In this document: positions 28,802 through 40,518 of the stretch, piece by piece
Layout: the number at the start of each line of letters is the position of its first letter
Numbering within the stretch: the first letter of the stretch is position 1
The notes under the pieces: model-generated
What the model saw: the letters and a program-made list of their open reading frames with translations, nothing else
Told to the model about the DNA's origin: nothing
Database searches by the model: none
Source: Rhodospirillaceae bacterium
Lineage (GTDB): Bacteria; Pseudomonadota; Alphaproteobacteria; UBA6615
Reading direction: 5' to 3'
Length of the DNA: 64,000 nucleotides
Assembly (NCBI GenBank): GCA_038117265.1
Contig: JAYOFO010000006.1
Span: 1,696 to 65,695, forward strand
Position numbers and translations under genes: made by a program

Positions 28802-29815
28802 TTAGGCGGTGTCCAGCTTCAGAAGTTCCGCGGCATTGCGCCAATAGATGCGCTCGCGGTCGGCCTCGCTGACATCGAGCGCGTCGAGCGCCCGGATGGT
28901 GCCACCGATCAGGTGTGCACCGCCCAGCGGGTCGAACGGGGCGTCGGTCGCGAACAGCGCCCGCTCGGTGGTGAAGAAGGCATGCCCGCATTGCATGGCG
29001 GGCACTGAGCCGTTGGTCGCGGTGTCGCCGTAGAGCAGCTTGAAATACTCGCGCGGCTCGCGTTCGAGCCCGTACTTCTCCTGCATCGGGTTGTGCTCGA
29101 CCGTGCCGGTGAAGAGCTGCGAGAAGCCGAGCTCCAGCTTGCCCGCGAAATAGGGAATCACGCCGCCCATATGGTGCGAGATGATCTTCAGGTCGGGCAG
29201 CCGGTCGTAGATGCCTGCGAAGATCAGCCGCGTCATGCAGGCGGCGGTCTCGTAGGGCCAGCCGAAGGTGAACCAGATCTCCGCTTCGGACTGGTCCTCG
29301 GTGGCGTAGTCGGGGTGGTTTGCCAGGCGCATCGGGTGCACCCAGACCGGCAGATCGAGCCGGGCCATCGCCGCGAACACGTCGAAGAAACGGGGGTCGC
29401 TGAGCGGGATATCGTTGACGTTGGTAAAGACCTGGACACCGCACGCGCCCAGGTCGCGGACCGCGCGCTCGGCCTCGCGCACCGAAGCCTCGGGGTTGTT
29501 CATCGGCAGCGAGGCGATGAAGCCGGGGAACCGGTCGGGATGCCGCTCGCAGATTCCCGCCAGCGCATCGTTGACCTTCTCCGCGATCCCCGGCGTCACC
29601 GACGGGTCGCCCAGGGTCTCGATGGGCGGGTTGGAGTGGGACAGGACCTGCTGGTAGTCCTCGAACAGGTCCATCACGCGCCGGTGCTCGTCGAGGTCCC
29701 ACAGCGCGGGCACGCCGCGGAACAGGTTCGCGATCGGGTGGCCGGGGACCCAGTCCTCGAGCTGGTCGAAGATCTCGCGCGGCATGATGTGGTTGAAGAT
29801 GTCGATCTTGCGCAT
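28802..29815 (-). CDS. Amidohydrolase-2 family metal-dependent hydrolase/decarboxylase (ACMSD / LigW / LigI-like)
   Basis: 337 aa. TIM-barrel amidohydrolase_2 signatures (HxH-like N-terminus IFNHIMPRE, internal His and Asp ligands HHMGG...FATDAPF). Confidence 0.75.
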   Translation of the reverse strand: MRKIDIFNHIMPREIFDQLEDWVPGHPIANLFRGVPALWDLDEHRRVMDLFEDYQQVLSHSNPPIETLGDPSVTPGIAEKVNDALAGICERHPDRFPGFIASLPMNNPEASVREAERAVRDLGACGVQVFTNVNDIPLSDPRFFDVFAAMARLDLPVWVHPMRLANHPDYATEDQSEAEIWFTFGWPYETAACMTRLIFAGIYDRLPDLKIISHHMGGVIPYFAGKLELGFSQLFTGTVEHNPMQEKYGLEREPREYFKLLYGDTATNGSVPAMQCGHAFFTTERALFATDAPFDPLGGAHLIGGTIRALDALDVSEADRERIYWRNAAELLKLDTA

Positions 29816-29867
29816 GGTCCCTCCGTGCGGGCGCGCGTAACGGTTCCGGTGTCGGGCGGCGCGGCGC

Positions 29868-30587
29868 TCAGGCGGGTTCGAGCGCGGGTTCCTTCATGTG
29901 GCTGTCGAAGAACGCGATCGAGCGTTCCAGCGCCGCCTCGGCCTCGGGCGCGGAATAGGAACCGGCACCGTGGCGCGCGAAGGCGTGCTCGGCGTCCGGA
30001 TACTTGTGGATCGTCACGTTCGGATTGTCGCCGATCTTCATCTCGATGAACTTGCACACGGCGGGCGGCACCCAGGTGTCGGAAAGCGCCTGGTGCAGCA
30101 TGAAGGGGCGCGACAGGTTCGGCGCCTCCTTGATCGCGTGCTCGATATAGGTGCCGTAATAGGCGACGGCGCAGTCGATGTCGGTGCGGCAGCACATCAG
30201 GTAGCACATCTTGCCGCCGAGGCAGTATCCGACGGCGCCGACCTTTCCGTTGCCGCCCTCGATGGTGCGCAGGAAGTTCATGGTCTCCTCCATGTCCTTC
30301 GCGCCCAGGTCGTAGTCGAACTGGAAGTAGCGGTCGAGCGAGGGCATCCAGTCGTCGGGATTGTCGGAGTCGAGGATCACGTCGGGCCCGAGCCGCCAGA
30401 ACAGGTCGGGCACCAGGCAGATGTATCCCGCCTCGGCGAATTCCCGGGCGTGTGCCTTCATCGTGTGGTTGACGCCCCAGATCTCCATGATCGCGATGAT
30501 CGCACCCTTCGGGGTTCCGTCGGGCCAGGCGATGTGGGCGCTCATCTCGCCGTCGCTCAGCTTGAGCTTGATGTCTTCCGTGCGCAT
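29868..30587 (-). CDS. Dienelactone hydrolase family protein
   Basis: 239 aa alpha/beta hydrolase with the nucleophile-elbow GYCLGG and DLH-like topology. Confidence 0.8.
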   Translation of the reverse strand: MRTEDIKLKLSDGEMSAHIAWPDGTPKGAIIAIMEIWGVNHTMKAHAREFAEAGYICLVPDLFWRLGPDVILDSDNPDDWMPSLDRYFQFDYDLGAKDMEETMNFLRTIEGGNGKVGAVGYCLGGKMCYLMCCRTDIDCAVAYYGTYIEHAIKEAPNLSRPFMLHQALSDTWVPPAVCKFIEMKIGDNPNVTIHKYPDAEHAFARHGAGSYSAPEAEAALERSIAFFDSHMKEPALEPA

Positions 30588-30674
30588 GGGGTCTCCCTCC
30601 GGTGCGTGGTTCCCGGACGCGATGCGAGAACGGCCCGGACCCGCGCGGGTCCGGGCCTCTTCGTCGGTTCGGTG

Positions 30675-31766
30675 CTATTCCCGGTCCCAGTTGCGCGCGA
30701 TTGGCTGGTTGGCCGCGCGCATCGTGTCCATGTAGGACTTCAGGATCTCGGTTCCCGGCTCGCCCGCCTTGTCGCGCGCCGCGGCCCATTCCTTGCCCAG
30801 CGGCGGCAGGGCCATCGCCCACTGTTTGCGCTCGGCATCGGTCAGCTTGGTGAACTCGGTTCCGAACTCCTTCTGGCACTTGCCGACCATGATGCCGGTC
30901 ACCTTCTTCACCCGCGCGATGTTGTTGTCCTTCCACAGCGGGGCGGCCTCGGTGAAGGCCTGCTTCACCTCGTCGGGAAACGCGTTCCAGGAATCCATGT
31001 TCACGTTGAGCGAAAAACCGGACACGGCGCCGATGTCGGCGTCGAGCGCGTAGGGCGCTGGTTCGCAGATCTTGAACTGGCCGGCGGCGGCGGGCCAGAA
31101 GATGGCGCCGCTGAACACGCCGTTGTCGAGCGCCGGGTAGGCCTTGACCAAATCGGTGTTCACGCCGATGGCGCCGATCGGCTGGACCCAGCGCAGGTTC
31201 GGCCCGATCGCGCCGATCTTCATGCCCTGCAGTTCGCTCAGCTTGGTGACCTTCTTGTCGGTCCACACCATCATGTTGTCGACGGCGCTGGCCGGCTGAA
31301 GTCCGATCTGATTGAGCTTCTGCCACCCGGCCTGATAGGCGGGGAACGTGTCGGCGAGCGCCTTCATCGTGTCGGACAGCAGGGTCATGTCCAGGGTGGT
31401 GAAGGGCGTGTTGAACGACACGGCATAGAGGGGCGCCTTGTCGGGCGCGGCAGCGGTGACGACGACGCCGACATCGCCCAGACCGGCCTCGACGCCCTCG
31501 ATCTCGCCGGTCGCGCGCACCACCTGGCCGGCGATCGCTATGTTCCAGTCGATCTCGTAATTGCCCGTCTTGGCCAGCGTCTCGTTGACCTTCGGGATGA
31601 ACGCCTCGACCGCCGCGCCGGTCCACGCGGCGAGCTGCGGATAGCCCGAGATCATCGTCAGGCTGAGCTTTTCGGCGGCGCCCGCCGACGGTGCCGCGGC
31701 GAGCAGGGCCGCGCCGCCGAGCGCGGTGGCGGCCGCGAGTTTCCGGATCTTCGTCTGTGCGGTCAT
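30675..31766 (-). CDS. Periplasmic solute-binding protein, TRAP-transporter DctP-like (orphan; no DctQM adjacent)
   Basis: 363 aa with signal peptide MTAQTKIRKLAAATALGGAALLAAAPSAGAAEK. SD GGAGA 7 nt upstream of ATG 31766. Family assignment by overall DctP-like pattern only, hence moderate confidence. Confidence 0.5.
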   Translation of the reverse strand: MTAQTKIRKLAAATALGGAALLAAAPSAGAAEKLSLTMISGYPQLAAWTGAAVEAFIPKVNETLAKTGNYEIDWNIAIAGQVVRATGEIEGVEAGLGDVGVVVTAAAPDKAPLYAVSFNTPFTTLDMTLLSDTMKALADTFPAYQAGWQKLNQIGLQPASAVDNMMVWTDKKVTKLSELQGMKIGAIGPNLRWVQPIGAIGVNTDLVKAYPALDNGVFSGAIFWPAAAGQFKICEPAPYALDADIGAVSGFSLNVNMDSWNAFPDEVKQAFTEAAPLWKDNNIARVKKVTGIMVGKCQKEFGTEFTKLTDAERKQWAMALPPLGKEWAAARDKAGEPGTEILKSYMDTMRAANQPIARNWDRE

Positions 31767-31885
31767 GTTCTGTTTCTCCCCAAGGAATGGTGACGACCCG
31801 CGTCGCAGAGCTCGATGCAAACGCGCCCGATATCGAAGCTTATGGGCTCCGATTTGCGGAGTCGATGTCTCACGAAAGCGCGTGC

Positions 31886-32785
31886 CTAGGCGGCCTTCGC
31901 GGTTTTGCCGCGCAGGCCGAGGATCTCGCAGGCCTGGTCGACCGTGGCGACCTCCTCGCCCAACGAGCGGACGATGCCGACGGCGTTCTCCACCAACTCG
32001 GCGTTGCCCGAGGCGAGCTTGCCGCGCGAGATGTAGAGATTGTCCTCCAGCCCGACCCGGCAGTGGCCACCCAGCAGGGTCGCCGCGCCGACCATGGGCA
32101 TTTCGTGGCGCGAGATGCCGAACGAGGCCCACACGGCGTTGGGCGGCGCCAGGTCGCGCATCAGGGCCATGGCGTCGCTCGAGGCGGGCGCACCCCACGC
32201 GATTCCGAGGCAGAACTGGAACAGCGGAATCGGGTCGGCGATCTCGCCGTTGGCGCACATCTGCGCCGCCAGGCGGACATGGCCGGTGTCGAACACCTCC
32301 AGCTCGGGCTTCACCCCGGCCGCCTGGATCATCGCCGCCATCTCGCGCAGAATCGCGGGCGAGTTGACCATCGACCACTCGCCGAAGGCCATGGTGGCGA
32401 CGTCGAGCGAGCAGATGTCGGGCTTCAGGGCGACGACGTGCTCGACGCGCTCGGCGGCCGTGCGCATGGCGCTCGTCGGGCCCGCCGTCATCGGGTCCTT
32501 CGGGTCGGGCACGAAGCGCCCGCCCGGCCCGGTCGTCAGGTTGACGATGACCGGCGAGCCGGAATCGCGGATTCGCTCGACGACCTCGCGGTAATACTCC
32601 AGCTTCGTGCTCGCCTTGCCCGTCTCGGGATTGCGGACATGGATGTGGGCGATCGCCGCGCCGGCCTTGTTGGCGGCGATGGCCTCGTTGGCGATTTCCT
32701 CGGGCGTGACCGGGACGGCGGGGTTCATGCCGGTGGAATCGGCCGAGCCGGTGACGGCGCAGGCGATGATGACGGGACGGGCCAT
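31886..32785 (-). CDS. kce: 3-keto-5-aminohexanoate cleavage enzyme family (BKACE / DUF849) beta-keto-acid cleavage enzyme
   Basis: 299 aa starting MARPVIIACAVTGS. TIM-barrel BKACE signatures (IHVRNPETG, zinc-ligand His/Glu pattern). Confidence 0.8.
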   Translation of the reverse strand: MARPVIIACAVTGSADSTGMNPAVPVTPEEIANEAIAANKAGAAIAHIHVRNPETGKASTKLEYYREVVERIRDSGSPVIVNLTTGPGGRFVPDPKDPMTAGPTSAMRTAAERVEHVVALKPDICSLDVATMAFGEWSMVNSPAILREMAAMIQAAGVKPELEVFDTGHVRLAAQMCANGEIADPIPLFQFCLGIAWGAPASSDAMALMRDLAPPNAVWASFGISRHEMPMVGAATLLGGHCRVGLEDNLYISRGKLASGNAELVENAVGIVRSLGEEVATVDQACEILGLRGKTAKAA

Positions 32786-32918
32786 GGCGTGGGTTCCTCC
32801 TCGGGACAGTCTCTGCCTTTGAGCGGCAGTTGTTCCTGCAAGACTAGCGAACCGATTGGGCCTGCGCACCCCGTTCATCGGCGGCTATCATGACGGCAAC
32901 GAAGTCAGGGGGAAGCAC

Positions 32919-33662
32919 ATGCAGAACGAATCCATGCTTGCGGAGATCGTCCGCGTCTACGGGTACGAGTACGAACTGATCGACGCCTATGCGGCCCGGC
33001 CGCTGGGCGACGGCCCCTACCCCGGGGTGCTCGTCTGTCACCACATGCCCGGCTGGGACGAGTGGACCCGCGAGGTCGTGCGCAAGATCGCCGCGCATGG
33101 CTACAACGCGATCTCGCCCAACCTGCATTCCCGATACGCGGGCGCGACCGCGCAGGAACGCTCCGCCGCGGTGCGCGCCTCGGGCGGCCAGGTGGATGCG
33201 CAGGTGCTCGACGATCTGGGCGGCGGCGAGCGCTGGCTGCGCGACCTCAAGACGTCGAACGGCAAGGTCGGGCTGATCGGCTTCTGCTCGGGCGGGCGGG
33301 TCGCCTACATGGCGTCGGCGAAGATGCCCTCGCTCGACTGCGCGGTGGACTGCTGGGGCGGCAACGTGACCGCCCCGCCGGCCGAGCCCAACGACAACCA
33401 GCCGTTGCCGCCGATCGAGATGACGGCCGAGATCTCGGTGCCGCTGCTCGGCCTGTTCGGCAACGACGACCCCAACCCCGACGTCGCCCAGGTCGACGCC
33501 ATCGAGGCGGCGCTGAAGGCGCACGGCAAGGACTACGCCTTCCACCGCTACGACGGGGCCGGCCATGCCTTCTTCAACTGGCACAACGAGCGCTACCGGC
33601 CCGAGCAGGCGCTCGACGGCTGGCAGAAGGTGTTTGCGTTCTTTGAGGCGAAGCTCGGGTAG
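32919..33662 (+). CDS. Dienelactone hydrolase family protein
   Basis: 247 aa from MQNESMLAEIV (in-frame M22 of the ORF-track ORF 32856..33662). Nucleophile elbow GFCSGG. Divergent from kce. Confidence 0.75.
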   Translation: MQNESMLAEIVRVYGYEYELIDAYAARPLGDGPYPGVLVCHHMPGWDEWTREVVRKIAAHGYNAISPNLHSRYAGATAQERSAAVRASGGQVDAQVLDDLGGGERWLRDLKTSNGKVGLIGFCSGGRVAYMASAKMPSLDCAVDCWGGNVTAPPAEPNDNQPLPPIEMTAEISVPLLGLFGNDDPNPDVAQVDAIEAALKAHGKDYAFHRYDGAGHAFFNWHNERYRPEQALDGWQKVFAFFEAKLG

Positions 33663-33707
33663 GCGCCTGTAAAGCGATCGCGATGGCCCGCCTTCGCCAA
33701 CCTGCCT

Positions 33708-33753
33708 CCGCCGAAGCGGAGCATCGGCTTCGCGCAGGCGGGGGCTTCGGCGG
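33708..33753. terminator. Nested inverted repeats (CCGCCGAAGC ... GCTTCGGCGG with inner GAAGC/GCTTC hairpin) between convergent DLH gene and tRNA-Ser; putative bidirectional terminator
   Basis: Perfect 10-bp inverted repeat flanking a smaller hairpin, located between the 3' ends of two convergent transcription units. No clear U-tract. Confidence 0.35.
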
Positions 33754-33813
33754 GCACTCCTTCGCTCTCGCGCTTTCGAATGGCTTGCCATCCGAAGTGC
33801 GTAGCGCGAAGGG

Positions 33814-33902
<89 letters not shown>

Positions 33903-34027
33903 GCCGGTCGCCTCGGGGCAAGCCCCGCGCAGGCGCGCGGGCCGGGGGGTTCTACCGCACGCGCCCGTCCGCCCGCAACCCGCTGTTGAAGGGGGATTGC
34001 AGACGATTTAGGGGCCGTTCGCGACGG

Positions 34028-34055
34028 TTGACACGGGCAACTTTGGGGGTATAGT
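34028..34055 (+). promoter_or_regulatory. Consensus sigma-70-type promoter for rplU-rpmA (TTGACA - 16/17 nt - TATAGT)
   Basis: TTGACACGGGCAACTTTGGGGGTATAGT read directly. About 120-nt leader before rplU. Confidence 0.55.
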
Positions 34056-34177
34056 CCGCCCCCGAACGACGGGCCGGCGGTTTTCTCGCGGTCCGCGTTG
34101 TTTTTGCTGGAACTTTCGGCAGTCCCGCTGGCGCGCGAACCGCGCGGGTCGACTGCCGCGACGTAATGGACCGGACC

Positions 34178-34579
34178 ATGTACGCAGTCATTCAAACCGG
34201 CGGGAAACAGTATCGCGTCGCCAACGGCGATGTGATCACCGTCGAGAAGCTCGCGGGTGCGCCGGGCGCGACCCTGTCGATCGCGCCGGTACTGATGCTC
34301 GACGACGGCAAGGCCACCCAGGTGGGCACGCCGGTTGTCGAGGGCGCATCGGTCACCGCCGAGGTGCTCGAACAGACCCGCGGCGACAAGATCATCGTCT
34401 TCAAGAAGAAGCGCCGTCAGGGCTATCGCCGCACCCGGGGCCACCGCCAGGAGCTCACAGTGCTGCGCGTCCTCGACGTGACGGGCAAGGGCACGAGGGC
34501 GCCGGCCAAGAAGAAGGCGGCCGCCAAGAAGGATGAGGGCGCGAAGGCGGACGACGCGCCGGCCGCGAACGAGGAGTAA
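34178..34579 (+). CDS. rplU: 50S ribosomal protein L21
   Basis: [14 protein letters not shown]... canonical L21 N-terminus, with a Lys/Ala-rich C-terminal tail. Start at in-frame ATG 34178, not the ORF-track 34166. Confidence 0.9.
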   Translation: MYAVIQTGGKQYRVANGDVITVEKLAGAPGATLSIAPVLMLDDGKATQVGTPVVEGASVTAEVLEQTRGDKIIVFKKKRRQGYRRTRGHRQELTVLRVLDVTGKGTRAPAKKKAAAKKDEGAKADDAPAANEE

Positions 34580-34585
34580 TCCGAA

Positions 34586-37105
<2,520 letters not shown>

Positions 37106-37112
37106 GCGGGTC

Positions 37113-38033
37113 ATGGCTGCTCGCGACACAGCCGGCGGTGCGAAACATGCAGGTGCGACCTATACGATCGTGCTCGTCGCCGCGCTGGCGGCCGTGGCGC
37201 ATGCCGCGATCTTCGTGCGCATGGCCGATGCGCACCCGCTGGTCACCGCTGCTTACCGGATGCTCATCGCGACCCTCGTCCTGCTGCCGGTGGCGGCCGT
37301 CCATGCCCGCGCCGAGATACGCCGGATGGATGCCCGCCAGTGGCGGACGATCGGCTGGGCCGCATTGTTCCTGGCGCTCCACTTCGCCACCTGGATCGCC
37401 TCGCTGGACTACACCTCGATCGCCAATTCGGTGGTGCTCGTCACCCTGACGCCGGTCTGGCTTGCGGTCTGGGCGGTCATCGCCCTGCGGCGACCGCCCG
37501 GCCGACGGACCTGGGGCGCGATCGTGCTGGCCATCGCCGGCAGCGCGGTGATGGGGGTCGGTAGCGCGCGCCTGGGGGTCGAGATGCTGTGGGGCGATGC
37601 GCTGGCGCTGGCGGGCGGTATCCTGTTCGTCGGGTTCCTGCTGCTCGCCGAGGCGGCACGCCGCACGGTCGGCTTGGTGGCCTTCGTGACCCTCGTCTAT
37701 GGCGGGGCGGCGGTCCTGCTCTGGGGTGCGGTGCTGGGGCTCGGCCTGCCGGTTGCGGGGTTCACGACGGAGACCTGGATGGCGTTCCTGGGCCTCGGCC
37801 TCGTCGCCCAGATCATCGGGCACACGGGCTTCAACTGGGCGGTCCGCGCGATCGCGCCGATGGTGCTGGCAATCCTCCTGCTGGCCGAGCCGATCCTCAG
37901 CGCCGGGCTGGGCTGGCTCTACTTCGGCGAGGGCTTCGCACGCGAGACGGCCTATGGTGGCGTGCTGATCCTCGCCGCGATCTATCTCGGGGTTCGGGCC
38001 GGCCAGAGCCGCGGCATCGCGCAAACGGGGTGA
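37113..38033 (+). CDS. DMT-superfamily (EamA-like) permease
   Basis: 306 aa. Ten hydrophobic helices. Two EamA repeats. Inserted between proB and proA. Confidence 0.75.
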   Translation: MAARDTAGGAKHAGATYTIVLVAALAAVAHAAIFVRMADAHPLVTAAYRMLIATLVLLPVAAVHARAEIRRMDARQWRTIGWAALFLALHFATWIASLDYTSIANSVVLVTLTPVWLAVWAVIALRRPPGRRTWGAIVLAIAGSAVMGVGSARLGVEMLWGDALALAGGILFVGFLLLAEAARRTVGLVAFVTLVYGGAAVLLWGAVLGLGLPVAGFTTETWMAFLGLGLVAQIIGHTGFNWAVRAIAPMVLAILLLAEPILSAGLGWLYFGEGFARETAYGGVLILAAIYLGVRAGQSRGIAQTG

Positions 38034-38094
38034 ATTTCGCCGGCGGATTGACTATCGTCGCCCGCCGGGCCGGGCAAATGGTCGGAGACGGAAC

Positions 38095-39381
38095 ATGACG
38101 GCTGCACACGAACTGACGGCGGACCGCGACATCCGCGCGGTCATGGAGGAGATCGGCGCGGCGGCGAAGGCCGCCGCACACGAGCTCGCCTATGCCGATT
38201 CCGCCGCCAAGACCGCGGCCCTGCATGCCGCGGCGGCGGCCATCCGCGCCCGCAAGGACGAGATTCTCGCCGCGAACGTGCACGATGTGGCGGGTGCGGA
38301 GCCGCGCGGGGTAAAGGGCTCGTTCCTCGACCGGCTGGTCCTGAATGACGACCGGGTCGAGGCGATGGCGCGCGGGCTGGAAGATGTGGCGGCGCTGCCC
38401 GATCCGATCGGCACCGTGCTGGCCGAATGGGAGCGGCCCAACGGGCTGCGGATCGCGCGCGTGCGCGTGCCGCTCGGCGTCATCGGCGTGATCTACGAAT
38501 CCCGCCCCAACGTGACGGCCGATGCGGGCGGCTTGTGCCTCAAGGCCGGCAACGCGGCGATCCTGCGCGGCGGGTCGGAGAGCTTCGAATCCTCCGGCGT
38601 GATCCTGGCCTGCCTGCAGGACGGGCTGCGCGCGGCGGGGCTCCCGGCGGCGGCGATCCAGGCCCCTCCGACCACCGACCGCGCGGCGGTCGGCGCCATG
38701 CTAACCATGACAGATTACATCGACGTGATCGTGCCGCGTGGCGGCAAGTCGCTGATCGAGCGGGTCCAGACCGAGAGCCGCATTCCCGTCTTCGCGCATC
38801 TCGAGGGGCTGTGCCACACCTATGTGCACGCGGCCGCCGAACCGCGGATGGCGCGCGATATCGTGCTCAACGCCAAGATGCGCCGCACCGGGATCTGCGG
38901 GGCGACCGAGACGGTCCTGATCGACTGCGCGGTCGCCGCGGACATGCTGCCCGGGATCGTCGACGACCTGGCCGGCGCGGGCTGCGAGGTGCGCGGCGAC
39001 GGCGCGGCGCAGGCGATCGATGCGCGCATCGTCCCGGCGAACGACGCCGACTGGGACACCGAGTATCTGGATGCCATCGTGTCCGTGCGCGTGGTCGATG
39101 GGGTCGATGCCGCAATCGATCACGTGAACACCCACGGCTCCAACCACACCGACGCGATCGTCACGGCCGACGAGGCCGTCGCCGAGCGGTTCATGGCGCG
39201 CGTGGACAGCGGCATCGTGCTGCACAATGCCTCGACCCAGTTCGCGGATGGCGGCGAGTTCGGCATGGGCGCGGAGATCGGCATCTCGACGGGCAAGATG
39301 CATGCGCGCGGGCCTGTCGGCGCCGAGCAGCTCACCAGCTACAAATACGTCGTGCGCGGGACCGGGCAGACCCGCCCCTGA
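38095..39381 (+). CDS. proA: Gamma-glutamyl phosphate reductase
   Basis: 428 aa. Aldehyde-dehydrogenase-like ProA signatures ([29 protein letters not shown], catalytic Cys in [11 protein letters not shown]). Confidence 0.9.
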   Translation: MTAAHELTADRDIRAVMEEIGAAAKAAAHELAYADSAAKTAALHAAAAAIRARKDEILAANVHDVAGAEPRGVKGSFLDRLVLNDDRVEAMARGLEDVAALPDPIGTVLAEWERPNGLRIARVRVPLGVIGVIYESRPNVTADAGGLCLKAGNAAILRGGSESFESSGVILACLQDGLRAAGLPAAAIQAPPTTDRAAVGAMLTMTDYIDVIVPRGGKSLIERVQTESRIPVFAHLEGLCHTYVHAAAEPRMARDIVLNAKMRRTGICGATETVLIDCAVAADMLPGIVDDLAGAGCEVRGDGAAQAIDARIVPANDADWDTEYLDAIVSVRVVDGVDAAIDHVNTHGSNHTDAIVTADEAVAERFMARVDSGIVLHNASTQFADGGEFGMGAEIGISTGKMHARGPVGAEQLTSYKYVVRGTGQTRP

Positions 39382-39386
39382 CCATC

Positions 39387-40016
39387 GTGAGCGCGACCCT
39401 ACCCCTAAGGCGTGCGGCCGCCCCGGGCCACAGCGCCCGCAGGATCGGGCTGCTCGGCGGGTCGTTCAACCCGGCCCATGAGGGGCACCGCTACATCAGC
39501 GTCGAGGCGCTGAAGCGCCTCGGTCTCGACGAGGTCTGGTGGCTCGTCTCGCCGCAGAACCCGCTGAAGCCGGAGGAAGGGATGGCCGCGTTCGAGGCGC
39601 GCCTGGCGAGCGCCCGGGACATGGCGCGCCATCCGCGCATCCGGGTCTCGACCATCGAGACCGAACTGGGCACCCGCTACACGATCGACACGCTGCAGGC
39701 GCTGACGCGCCGATTCCCGGCGGCGCGCTTCGTCTGGCTGATGGGGGCGGACAACCTGATACAAATTGTAAGGTGGCGCGGGTGGCAACGAATATTCCAC
39801 ACGGTTCCCATTGCCGTATTCGCCCGCGATTCATATGATTCGCATGCGTTGTCGGATTTCGCGGCAAATCGCTTCCGAATCGCCCGGATTCCGGCACGTT
39901 CGGCAAAGGTCCTTGTCGAGGCGGCGCCGCCTGCCTGGGTGTTTTTGCGAATCAGGCCCCACCCGGCCGCGGCGACGCACCTCCGGCAGACGGGCGCCTG
40001 GCCGGTGGACCATTAA
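39387..40016 (+). CDS. nadD: Nicotinate-nucleotide adenylyltransferase
   Basis: GTG start 6 nt after the proA stop. GLLGGSFNPAHEGH (HxGH nucleotidyltransferase motif). 209 aa. Confidence 0.8.
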   Translation: MSATLPLRRAAAPGHSARRIGLLGGSFNPAHEGHRYISVEALKRLGLDEVWWLVSPQNPLKPEEGMAAFEARLASARDMARHPRIRVSTIETELGTRYTIDTLQALTRRFPAARFVWLMGADNLIQIVRWRGWQRIFHTVPIAVFARDSYDSHALSDFAANRFRIARIPARSAKVLVEAAPPAWVFLRIRPHPAAATHLRQTGAWPVDH

Positions 40017-40074
40017 CTCAGCGGACGGCGCCGCCAAGGCCGGGCCGTTCAAAGGAGGGCAGTTTGATCACGGG

Positions 40075-40476
40075 GTACCCGTCATAGCACGCACCGAAAA
40101 GGCCACTCCGCGGCTCACAGCGGAAGACATACTGGCGCTCGTCGAATCCTCGCTCGACGACGACAAGGCGGACGATATCAAGGTCATTTCCCTGGCGGGA
40201 AAGTCCGACATCGCCGATTACATGATGATCGCCAGCGGCACCTCGTCCCGCCGTCTCGATTCCATGACCCAGCATCTCATCGAACGATTGAAGGCGGCCA
40301 AAATCCGCGGCTCCCACGCCGAGGGCCGGCGCTCGGGCGACTGGGTGGTGATCGACGTCGGCGATGTGATCGTCCACCTGTTCCGGCCCGAGATTCGCGC
40401 GCACTACGCGCTCGAGAAGCTCTGGGAGGCGGACTTCGCCGCGCGTGACCCGGAGGAAGAGGTCCTGACGGGCTGA
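40075..40476 (+). CDS. rsfS: Ribosomal silencing factor RsfS (Iojap family)
   Basis: Conserved core TAEDILALVESSLDDDKADDIKVISLAGKSDIADYMMIASGTSSRRLDSMTQHLIERLK...GDVIVHLFRPEIRAHYALEKLW. Strong SD AAAGGAGGG at about 40051-40059, but no canonical in-frame start codon follows (see findings). 5' boundary approximate. Confidence 0.7.
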   Translation, partial: VPVIARTEKATPRLTAEDILALVESSLDDDKADDIKVISLAGKSDIADYMMIASGTSSRRLDSMTQHLIERLKAAKIRGSHAEGRRSGDWVVIDVGDVIVHLFRPEIRAHYALEKLWEADFAARDPEEEVLTG

Positions 40477-40518
40477 ACGCGTCCGCTTGACGCGCGCCGG
40501 AGCCATCGGGAGAAGGCG

